Assembly: GCA_034189385.1 (NCBI GenBank)
Contig: JAXHVD010000002.1
Span: forward strand, 160,001-224,000
Direction: 5' to 3'
Origin: Thermodesulfobacteriota bacterium
Lineage (GTDB): Bacteria; Desulfobacterota; Desulfobacteria; Desulfobacterales; C00003060
Length of the DNA stretch: 64,000 nucleotides
The position numbers were made by a program, and so were the translations under genes. Below, one piece after another: positions 9,606 through 17,997 of this stretch (within the stretch, counting starts at the first letter, position 1; every line of letters starts with the position of its first letter). The notes beneath the pieces were generated by a model. That model searched no databases and had not been told where the DNA came from. It was given only the letters and a program-made list of their open reading frames with translations.

Positions 9606-11909
9606 GTGAGCGAGCATATAAAATGTTGGGAATTTTTCGAATGTCAGCAGATCGATTGCCCTGTTTATAAGGCAAAGGAGGAGAAGTGTTGGCTCGTCTC
9701 AGGGACGTGTTGTCGAAATGAGAACCAGGGAAAATTCCTGGAAAAGATAGAGCTGTGCCTGGACTGTGAGCCCTTTAAGAGAAATGTCGATCTTGAGTCG
9801 CTGGAAGAGACACTTCAGTCGGTCAATGAGCAGTTCACCGAGTTCAGGGCCATGGTTGACGAGCGAGACAGGGAGTTGGAAGAGACAAGTATGGAGTTGG
9901 CCTTGGGCCTGTCAGAGGTCTTCGAGGCACTGAAAAACATTGCCTCAGGAAACCCTGCAGTCAGACTTTCTGAGGGCTCGCAACTGCCGTTGCTTGAAAA
10001 GCTGAAGGAGCTGGTCAACGAGACAGCGAGCAATCTCGGGGAAATCGTTGATCTTTCCCACGAGTTTGCCATGGGCCTCGCCGAGCACTTCGACGCATTG
10101 CACCGGGTCTCAACGGGTGATTTAGACGCGCGGGTGAAAGGAACCTCTCAGGTAGAGCTATTGGAAAGGTTGAAAGAAGTAACGAATGACATGATCCAAA
10201 GTGTGTCAAGAGAGATTTCCAACCGTAAACGGGCAGAGGAGGAACTGCAGAAGGCTCACGACCAATTAGAAAGACGGGTGAAGGAACGGACGATCGACCT
10301 GGTCAAAGCAAACGAAGAATTGAAGCGAGAAGTAGAAAGACGTAAGCGGCGAGATAAGGCACTGAAGATAAGCAATCAACGGTTGCAGGTTGCTTATCAG
10401 CAATCCATCGCCTACGCGTCGAGGCTCACCGAGCAGATTGCTGAACGCAGGAAGGCAGAGGAGGCGCTACGGGAGTCTGAGTCAACATTGCAGTTAATAT
10501 TCAGGACCATACCAACTGGTTTGTTCATGGTCGATTTGGACAAAAAGATCACATACTGGAACAAAGAGGCGGAGAGGATTACGGGGCTGAAGGCAGAGGA
10601 CATTGTAGGCAAGGACTGTATCCTGGCCTTTCAATGTAAGGAATGTAGTTATGATTGTGCCCTTCTCGATGAAACGAAACCAATGCACCAGAAGGAGTCT
10701 ACGATAAATCTTGGTGACAGGGAAATAGTGATTCAGAAGTATGGAGATGTTATTACAGATGCCAAAGGGAAAAAGATTGGTGGTGTGAGAGCCTTCATTG
10801 ACATTACTGAGCGCAAGCGGGCAGAAGCGGCGGTGCGGGAGTCGGAACAGAAGTACATTAGCTTGGTTGAAAATTCGCTAACTGGTATCTACATTGACCA
10901 AGATGGAAGGATTGTATTTGCCAATAACAAATTTGCCGAGATTTACGGCTACCAGAAAAGGGAGTTGATCGGCATAGAGTCCTGGAAGCTGGTGCATCCT
11001 GAGGACCGGGGCTTAACGGCCGAGATGAGGCAAAAGAGGCTAATGGGAAAAGGGGTCCCAGAAGAGTACGACGCCAAGGGTTTGACAAAAGATGGGGAGA
11101 CCATATGGCTTACCAGGAGAAACATCAGAATAGAGTATAAAGGAAGGCCGGCAGTATTGGGTAACGTGGTGGTCATTACCGAGCGCAAGGAGGCAGAAGG
11201 AAAGCTTCTTAGCTATCACGAAAGACTTCGGTCTCTGGCTTCGGAATTGTCCTTGGCCGAGGAGCGCGAGCGGCGCCGTGTCGCAAATGAAGTGCATGAC
11301 CGTATTAGTCAGAACCTGGCTTTTGTAAAGATGAGGTTGGGAACTCTACAGTCATCGACTGCCAGCGGCGGTCTCAAGGAATCAGTGGACGAAATGCTCG
11401 AGCTAATGGATGAGACCATCCAAAACACACGATCCCTTATTTCTGAACTGGGTTCGCCGATTCTCTATGAGCTCGGATTTGTGCCTGCAGTGGAGTGGCT
11501 CACCCAACAAACCCAGAGACAGCATGGCATCGTGGTAGCCTTTCAGGATGACGATAAGCTCAAGCCCCTAAGAGATGATGTCGCTGTCCTCTTATTTCAG
11601 GCAGCGCGCGAGTTGCTGGTCAACATTGTCAAGCACGCCCAAGCGCGCCATGCAAAGGTATCCATTACGAGAGAAAATGATAAGGTGCAAGTGGACGTGG
11701 AAGATGACGGCGTTGGATTCGACTGTGTCGAAATTGGCTCCAGTGTATGCACAAGCGGTGAATTTGGCTTGTTCAGTATCCAGGAGCGATTGTATCCTCT
11801 TGGCGGGCGCATGGACATGGAATCCAAACGCGGTGAAGGGACCCGGGTATCCCTGGTGGCCCCGCTGGAACGTGAGGAAGGACAGAGAGAGGAGAAAGTG
11901 GTGTTATGA
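9606..11909 (+). CDS. Sensor histidine kinase with N-terminal Cys-rich CW-type domain, HAMP-like segments, PAS domains and HisKA_3
   Basis: CWEFFEC...CP...CWLVSGTCC...CLDC; HDRISQNL H-box; DDGVGF; GTG 9606 is best spaced from AAGGGGG (track start 9597). Confidence 0.88.
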   Translation: MSEHIKCWEFFECQQIDCPVYKAKEEKCWLVSGTCCRNENQGKFLEKIELCLDCEPFKRNVDLESLEETLQSVNEQFTEFRAMVDERDRELEETSMELALGLSEVFEALKNIASGNPAVRLSEGSQLPLLEKLKELVNETASNLGEIVDLSHEFAMGLAEHFDALHRVSTGDLDARVKGTSQVELLERLKEVTNDMIQSVSREISNRKRAEEELQKAHDQLERRVKERTIDLVKANEELKREVERRKRRDKALKISNQRLQVAYQQSIAYASRLTEQIAERRKAEEALRESESTLQLIFRTIPTGLFMVDLDKKITYWNKEAERITGLKAEDIVGKDCILAFQCKECSYDCALLDETKPMHQKESTINLGDREIVIQKYGDVITDAKGKKIGGVRAFIDITERKRAEAAVRESEQKYISLVENSLTGIYIDQDGRIVFANNKFAEIYGYQKRELIGIESWKLVHPEDRGLTAEMRQKRLMGKGVPEEYDAKGLTKDGETIWLTRRNIRIEYKGRPAVLGNVVVITERKEAEGKLLSYHERLRSLASELSLAEERERRRVANEVHDRISQNLAFVKMRLGTLQSSTASGGLKESVDEMLELMDETIQNTRSLISELGSPILYELGFVPAVEWLTQQTQRQHGIVVAFQDDDKLKPLRDDVAVLLFQAARELLVNIVKHAQARHAKVSITRENDKVQVDVEDDGVGFDCVEIGSSVCTSGEFGLFSIQERLYPLGGRMDMESKRGEGTRVSLVAPLEREEGQREEKVVL

Positions 11910-12562
11910 GCATAAGGGTTCTGCTAGCCGACGACCACACGATCATGCGGTCAGGCCTTCGCTCCTTGCTTGAAAAGGAGTCCGACATGGAAGTTGTTGG
12001 AGAGGCAGACAACGGCCGAAGGACAGTGCAATTGGCCCGGGAGCTCTCTCCGGACGTGGTGATCATGGATATCAGTATGCCCGATTTGAACGGCATCGAG
12101 GCAAGTCGCCAGATTGTTTCCGACGTGCCTGACGTGAAGGTGGTGGCCCTGTCCATGCATTCGGACGAGCAATTTGTTGCGCAAATGCTCGATAGCGGTG
12201 CAACTGGCTATCTGCTGAAGGACTGTGCCCTTGAGGAATTGTGTCGCGCCATCCGCGTCGTGGTTGCGAACAAGAGCTATCTGAGCCCCGGGATAGCAGG
12301 TGTCGTTGTTGAAACCTACCGGCGGCGTGAACGGGCAAGGGGCGAACCTCGCCGTTTCCGCGAGCTGACGCCCAGGGAACGGGAGGTCCTTCAGCTTGTG
12401 GCCGAAGGCAAGAGTTCCAAGGAGATCGCCTCCCTTCTCCATGTGAGCATAAAGACGGTAGAGGCCCATCGCCACCAAATGATGGATAAATTGAATATTC
12501 GCAGTGTAGCCGAGCTCACCAAGTATGCGATTCGCAAAGGAATAACCTCTCTCGATACCTGA
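11906..12562 (+). CDS. NarL/LuxR-family response regulator 2 (near-identical to regulator 1)
   Basis: Receiver + LuxR HTH; ATGA overlap with kinase 2. Confidence 0.95.
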   Translation: MSIRVLLADDHTIMRSGLRSLLEKESDMEVVGEADNGRRTVQLARELSPDVVIMDISMPDLNGIEASRQIVSDVPDVKVVALSMHSDEQFVAQMLDSGATGYLLKDCALEELCRAIRVVVANKSYLSPGIAGVVVETYRRRERARGEPRRFRELTPREREVLQLVAEGKSSKEIASLLHVSIKTVEAHRHQMMDKLNIRSVAELTKYAIRKGITSLDT

Positions 12563-12607
12563 CCACTCAGTAGCAGGTCAAAGGCAGTCTCAGCTGCTCC
12601 CCTCAAG

Positions 12608-12698
12608 ATCAGTAGTTTCCCCGGCTCGAAATGGGGGTATTTCCAGCCCCAAAATCCGTGATTTCCACAATTGCGCCCTGGTACAATGGGTGTATAAA
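12608..12698 (+). promoter_or_regulatory. Three-box operator + promoter, copy 1 (before regulator 3)
   Basis: Boxes at 12608/12631/12654, TTGCGC 12671, TATAAA 12693. Confidence 0.65.
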
Positions 12699-12969
12699 AA
12701 GGTAAAGCACGGAAAGGCCAAGGATAATGCCCTAAACCTTGGCAATGATATCTATTTAAATAGGGGGCTTGTCTCAAAAATTCCGTCGCAGCCGATGAAG
12801 AAAGTGCTGTCTAAAGAGGTTGCCCTGAGGGATTGGCTATGGGCTGCAGAGCATGGAATCATCAGCGGAGCGCGGGCAGAAGAAGGGCTTCTCACTTGTG
12901 ATGAAAAACGCCCGTCACGTTGATGGCGGCCCTGAAATACAAGAGGAGAAAGAGGGAGGAAAAGGTGCC

Positions 12970-13623
12970 ATGAGCATAAAGATATTGCTGGCAGACGATC
13001 ATAAGATCATGCGATCAGGCCTCCGCTCCTTGGTTGAAAGAGAACCCGACATGGAAGTGGTAGGCGAGGCAGAGAACGGACGGATGACCGTGCAGTTGGC
13101 CCGAAGACACTCTCCGGACGTGGTCATTATGGATATCGCTATGCCCGATCTAAACGGCATTGAGGCAAGTCGTCAGATTGTCTCCGAAGTGCCTGACGTG
13201 AAGGTGGTGGCCCTATCCATGCATGCAGGGGAGCATTTCGTTTCCGGAATGCTGGGTGCTGGAGCGTCGGGCTACCTTCTGAAGGACTGTGCCCTTGAGG
13301 AATTATGTCTGGCCATCCGCGCCGTGGTTTCGAACCAGAGTTATCTGAGCCCCAAGATTGCAGGGATCGTGGTCAAAGGCTACCGGCGTGAGCTGGAAAG
13401 GGCCGAGCCCTCTAGTCCCTCGGCACTGACATCGAGGGAACGGGAGGTCCTTCAGCTTGTGGCTGAAGGCAAGAGCTCCAAGAAGATCGCCTCCCGCCTC
13501 CACGTGAGCGTGAAGACCATAGAGGCGCACCGCCACCAAATCATGAGTAAGTTGAATCTTCACACTGTGGCTGAGCTTACGAAATATGCCATTGTCCAAG
13601 GGATACTGTGCCTCGAGGCGTGA
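12970..13623 (+). CDS. NarL/LuxR-family response regulator 3 (no adjacent kinase)
   Basis: MSIKILLADDH start homologous to regulators 1 and 2; receiver + HTH. Confidence 0.93.
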   Translation: MSIKILLADDHKIMRSGLRSLVEREPDMEVVGEAENGRMTVQLARRHSPDVVIMDIAMPDLNGIEASRQIVSEVPDVKVVALSMHAGEHFVSGMLGAGASGYLLKDCALEELCLAIRAVVSNQSYLSPKIAGIVVKGYRRELERAEPSSPSALTSREREVLQLVAEGKSSKKIASRLHVSVKTIEAHRHQIMSKLNLHTVAELTKYAIVQGILCLEA

Positions 13624-13663
13624 CCCCATGGCCACGGGCAGGGTTTACTTGAAGTCTGTGTAG

Positions 13664-13754
13664 ATCAGGCGCTTTCCACTGAGAAAATCAGGTCCTTTAC
13701 GACGAGAAATTGGTAATTCCCATAATTGCATCCTTTTAAAAACCGCGGTAAGCA
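13664..13754 (+). promoter_or_regulatory. Three-box operator + promoter, copy 2
   Basis: Boxes at 13664/13687/13709, TTGCAT 13726. Confidence 0.65.
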
Positions 13755-13862
13755 AAAAAAGAGCCTGGTGCATGTATCTTGTCAAGTCGTTGAAAGGGAC
13801 CTCCACCTCATCTTGGGATCTATCGTTCGGACAGAGGGGACAACAAGGGGCGAGGCTTCACA

Positions 13863-14057
13863 GTGGTAAATACCATCTTAAAGATTCAACATCGTTTTAA
13901 CCCGCTTCACGTATATTGCCGGTTGGTAGAAAGGGGGCTGAATAAGGACTTATCGATATCAATATGTAAGTATTACAGTATCTTCATCTACAGTTGGCTT
14001 GCTTACCTCACTGTCGTGGGGGTAGAGGTTTGCAAGCTTATGAAGCGAGTGAGTTGA
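13863..14057 (+). CDS. Small hypothetical protein (QHxxNPLHVYCRL motif)
   Basis: 64 aa ORF downstream of operator copy 2; motif resembles small proteins recalled from sulfate reducers (not verified). Confidence 0.55.
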   Translation: MVNTILKIQHRFNPLHVYCRLVERGLNKDLSISICKYYSIFIYSWLAYLTVVGVEVCKLMKRVS

Positions 14058-14417
14058 CCGCCGCCTTGGTCTTGGTCGGCTTTAACATGTGTTCTCTTTG
14101 AAGGCCATTACAGGCCATGCGCGGGAGATTTTCCTTTTTTTTGTGTTTTTTCTATCAAATCATCGTCATCCTCTCTGATCACCTCGCGGCCTATCCTTCA
14201 TACTCGAACACGAACGCCTGCTCCGTGGTCTACTATATTTAGTGCCTGCTAACACAGCAAACTACAGTATATAGTTGACATTGCCTCCTATAGGTGGTAA
14301 CAGGGCCCCAAAAGGGGCCCTTGTGCATAGAAGGCACTTGTCTATGATGGTCAGAGGGCCCCTTTCCCCGCCGATCCAGAGATTTCAGGTCCATGTGAAC
14401 ATTATGAAAATTGAGGG

Positions 14418-14810
14418 ATGGACTACATGATCAAGAGGAAAGAGAGCGTTGAACGAAGGAAAGACAAACGGTTTGAGGTCCAGGAGGGAACCTTTGCGGT
14501 GTTCACACCCCATTTCAGCAATTGGGGGCAAGTGATAGATATAAGCAGGCATGGACTTGCCTTTCGCTATACGGGTAAGGGCCTGCCGAAAAACATGCCA
14601 TCTCAGCTAGGCATATCCATAGCCGATATTGGCTTTTATCTGGGCCGGATGCCATTCAAGGTCATTTCGGATTTTGAAATAGCGAGCGCGGGCTCTCACC
14701 GCTTGTCAATGGCAAGGCAATGTGGGGTGGAATTTGGCGAGCTGACTCCTGGTCAGATATCGCAGTTGGAATTTATTATCTCGAACTACACTCAAACTCA
14801 GGGCTATTGA
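14418..14810 (+). CDS. PilZ-domain protein (putative c-di-GMP receptor)
   Basis: RRKDKR (RxxxR) and DISRHG (DxSxxG) motifs. Confidence 0.85.
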   Translation: MDYMIKRKESVERRKDKRFEVQEGTFAVFTPHFSNWGQVIDISRHGLAFRYTGKGLPKNMPSQLGISIADIGFYLGRMPFKVISDFEIASAGSHRLSMARQCGVEFGELTPGQISQLEFIISNYTQTQGY

Positions 14811-15252
14811 TCTTTTCCATGATCAGCTTGATCACTTCCGGTATTTTGCTTTCGATTTCAGGGCTTAACTCCATCGCTGGGGTGCGAACATCCTTGGGCA
14901 CAACGCCGATAAACAAGGTTTCCGGACACTTGCCACTGGCCTTAATGTCGTCCAGCGTTTCAATGAGATGATATTTGCCTACGTCGGTCACTCCATTGAC
15001 AGTTAATGGAACCTCCCCGGGGCTCAGGCACACAATGGTGCCAGGTTCGGCATCTATTTGAAATACATCGACGACGATCATTCTATCCATGCCGTCAATG
15101 ACGTGTGGAAACTCTGAGGCGGACTCGCCCACTTCTAGACATTCCACGTTTTCAGGAAGATCCATTTGCTCCAAGGCCTTGGACACGTGATAGCCGAACC
15201 CTGTGTCGCAAGTATAGGGATAGCCGGTGCACAAAATCAAAGCACGTTTCAT
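14776..15252 (-). CDS. Hydrogenase maturation endopeptidase family, divergent
   Basis: Aligns end to end with 30448-30918 (MDLPxxVE.L, IVVD, PKD...ELSPEIE..IP.VI). Confidence 0.8.
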   Translation of the reverse strand: MKRALILCTGYPYTCDTGFGYHVSKALEQMDLPENVECLEVGESASEFPHVIDGMDRMIVVDVFQIDAEPGTIVCLSPGEVPLTVNGVTDVGKYHLIETLDDIKASGKCPETLFIGVVPKDVRTPAMELSPEIESKIPEVIKLIMEKINSPEFECSSR

Positions 15253-15458
15253 TAATTCCTTCCATCCTTGTGTTGTTCGGTGTAAAAATGGTAGTAGAGC
15301 ATGGGCCAGACATTCCTGTCAACGACTTAGAAGGCTTCACGTAACATGAGATTTGCTGGTTGTCAAGGAAACCGGGCGGTGACAGGCTCAAGGTGTCAAC
15401 ATGAACAAAATCGGCGAGAATACGAAATTTTGAAAACACTTTTTAAGAGGACCTAGAC

Positions 15459-16469
15459 ATGGGAATAGATAAGATTCTTCTGGATCACGGAAGTGGAGGA
15501 AAAGCATCTCATAGCCTGATTGCTGAACTCTTGATCCCCCAGTTCGAAAACCCGATCCTTGCCGCACTGAACGACGGCGCCATCTTTGACATTGAAGCAA
15601 AGCGGCTTGCCTTTTCCACCGATACCTATGTGGTCGATCCGCTATTCTTTCCTGGTGGAAACATTGGAGACCTTGCCGTTAACGGCACCGTCAATGATCT
15701 TGCCATGTGCGGGGCAACCCCCCTTTATCTGAGTGTGGGTCTGATCATTGAAGAGGGCTTTTCCACGACGGACCTGAAAAAGATACTCGAAACAATGAAA
15801 CAAGCGGCAGCCAAGGCCCATGTCCTGATTGTCACCGGCGATACAAAGGTGGTGCCGAGGGGGGTAGCAGACAAGATATTCATTAACACCTCGGGAGTTG
15901 GAGTGATCCCAGAGGAGACAACGATTTCCGGGCACAACGCCCGTCCTGGGGATAAGGTTATCATCAGCGGTACTATTGCGGACCATGGTATTACCGTCCT
16001 GACCCAAAGAGAAGGGATGGCCTTTGAGTCCCCGATCCAAAGCGATACTGCGCCTCTAAACCACCTGGTACGGGAAATGATGGCTTCAAGTGACCAGATT
16101 CACGCCTTAAGAGATCCGACCAGAGGGGGGGTCGGAACCTCGCTGAACGAGATTGCCATCCAGTCCAAGGTGGGAATAGAGATCTACGAGGAAGCCGTCC
16201 CCATGCGAGAAGAGGTTTCAGGAGTATGCGAACTTCTGGGCTTCGATCCCCTCTATATTGCCAATGAAGGAAAACTCCTGTGCTTTGTGGCACCGGACGA
16301 CGCTGAAAAGGTGTTGGCAACGATGAGAGCCAACGAATTCGGAAAAGAAGCCAGTATCATCGGCAGGGTCGTTGCCGATTCTCCGGCCAAGGTCTCTATG
16401 AAAACCCCTATTGGGGGGATCCGAATTGTGGACATGCTTGCGGGAGAACAACTCCCCCGTATTTGCTGA
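15459..16469 (+). CDS. hypE: Hydrogenase maturation carbamoyl dehydratase
   Basis: HGSGG, GTVNDLAM, TGDTKVV, RDPTRGG, C-terminal PRIC. Confidence 0.97.
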   Translation: MGIDKILLDHGSGGKASHSLIAELLIPQFENPILAALNDGAIFDIEAKRLAFSTDTYVVDPLFFPGGNIGDLAVNGTVNDLAMCGATPLYLSVGLIIEEGFSTTDLKKILETMKQAAAKAHVLIVTGDTKVVPRGVADKIFINTSGVGVIPEETTISGHNARPGDKVIISGTIADHGITVLTQREGMAFESPIQSDTAPLNHLVREMMASSDQIHALRDPTRGGVGTSLNEIAIQSKVGIEIYEEAVPMREEVSGVCELLGFDPLYIANEGKLLCFVAPDDAEKVLATMRANEFGKEASIIGRVVADSPAKVSMKTPIGGIRIVDMLAGEQLPRIC

Positions 16470-16558
16470 GTCTTGATGGCATCTTATTCTTCTCCAATCG
16501 GAAAAAATACGCATTATCTGTCCTAAACATGACCAAGTTTGCCGGACAGAGGGATTAG

Positions 16559-16648
16559 ATCCATGGTTTTCCGATGAATAAACCAGTAGTCTTCAGCGCA
16601 AAAATCAGTAATTCTCACAATTGCGCTGGCAGACAGTGAAGCTATGAT
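16559..16648 (+). promoter_or_regulatory. Three-box operator + promoter, copy 3 (before hypA)
   Basis: Boxes at 16559/16582/16604, TTGCGC 16621, TATGAT 16643. Confidence 0.65.
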
Positions 16649-16699
16649 GAGAGAAGAAAGTAGAGAAATCTTCACATCAGCCATTGACAGACACCATTT

Positions 16700-17041
16700 A
16701 TGCACGAGTTATCGATTACGCAGGGTGTATTGCAAATAGTCCTTGACGAGGCCACCAAGCATTCGATTTCTAAAGTGAGCCTGGTGAAATTGAAGATAGG
16801 AGAGCTCTCGGGCATCGAGACGTCCTCTCTTACCTTCTGCTTTGAACTTCTGACTAAAGATACTCTGGTAGAGGGGGCAGATCTTGAAATAGATGTGGTC
16901 CCTATCAAACGAAAATGCCCCAACTGTCATGAGGTTTTTGAGTGTGATCATTTTTCATTTGTTTGCCCAGCCTGTTCAAGTGTCAACACAGAGCTGATCA
17001 CTGGCAGAGAGCTTTATGTGGAACACATTGAAGGCGAGTAA
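16700..17041 (+). CDS. hypA: Hydrogenase nickel metallochaperone
   Basis: MHELSI, CPNC...CPAC, GREL. Confidence 0.97.
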   Translation: MHELSITQGVLQIVLDEATKHSISKVSLVKLKIGELSGIETSSLTFCFELLTKDTLVEGADLEIDVVPIKRKCPNCHEVFECDHFSFVCPACSSVNTELITGRELYVEHIEGE

Positions 17042-17114
17042 AGAATCCTGGCCCGAAGGACCAGGCTTTGATTTGCCCCTGAAAGGGGCTGTTTTCTGAA
17101 TACTGGACAAGTTC

Positions 17115-17238
17115 AAAGTGCCTGAAGTGAGCTAAAGTGCCTAAAGTGATGGAAGTCGCTTCGCTCCATTCTTTTATATAATTGGCACAATTCCTTAACT
17201 TTAGCGCACGTTAGTGCACTTAAAACTTTAGGCACTCT
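17115..17238. repeat. Imperfect palindrome built of AAAGTGCCT-like units
   Basis: AAAGTGCCTGAAGTGAGCTAAAGTGCCTAAAGT ... ACTTTAGCGCAC...ACTTTAGGCACT. Confidence 0.6.
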
Positions 17239-17325
17239 TAACGATATTTGGCAAAGCCAGTTTACTCTGACCTGGCCCAAAGGACCAGGTTTTCTGGGAC
17301 GGAATAAAGAATAGGAGGTCACTGT

Positions 17326-17997
17326 ATGAAGATACCGGTGATAAGAAAAATCTTGGAGGCGAATGATCATATAGCGGAAGAAAACCGAAAGATATTCGCT
17401 GAAAACGGGATTTTCGTTTTGAATCTCATGAGTTCGCCGGGAGCAGGTAAAACATCGCTTCTTGAAAGGACGATAGACGCCCTTCATAAGGATTTGCGAA
17501 TAGGGGTGATAGAGGGAGACGTCCAGACCAGCATTGATGCAAAGAAGATTTCAAAAAAGGGTGTTCCTACGGTCCAGATCAACACCGATGAGGCCTGTCA
17601 TTTAGATGGAAATATGATTAGGGCCACCTTGGATTCCTTTGATCTTAAATCCCTTGATCTTTTGATCATAGAAAATGTTGGCAATTTGGTCTGTCCTGCT
17701 GAATTTGATACAGGAGAAAACCATAAGGTCGTGGTCCTGAGTATCCCCGAGGGAGATGACAAGCCAGCGAAGTACCCTCTCATGTTTCATGAATCAAAGG
17801 TCCTACTGATCAACAAGATAGATCTGGTGCCTTATGTCGACTGTAGCATCAATAAGATTAAGAAATCTGCCCTGAAGATCAATCCTGACCTTGAAATATT
17901 TGAAGTCTCCTGTAAGACTCAGGAAGGCCTTTCCCAATGGTATGAGTGGATAAAGAAAAAGGTTCATGCATACACTCGAAGAAAGTCCAAGAGGTAG
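17326..17997 (+). CDS. hypB: Hydrogenase nickel-insertion GTPase
   Basis: SSPGAGKT, ACHLD, ENVGNLVCPAEF, NKID. Confidence 0.97.
   Translation: MKIPVIRKILEANDHIAEENRKIFAENGIFVLNLMSSPGAGKTSLLERTIDALHKDLRIGVIEGDVQTSIDAKKISKKGVPTVQINTDEACHLDGNMIRATLDSFDLKSLDLLIIENVGNLVCPAEFDTGENHKVVVLSIPEGDDKPAKYPLMFHESKVLLINKIDLVPYVDCSINKIKKSALKINPDLEIFEVSCKTQEGLSQWYEWIKKKVHAYTRRKSKR

Noticed and set aside
16455..16469. Genome-wide reassignment of TGA to Trp or Gly
   Set aside because: TGA ends hypE right after its conserved PRIC terminus and ends many other genes; Trp is encoded by TGG
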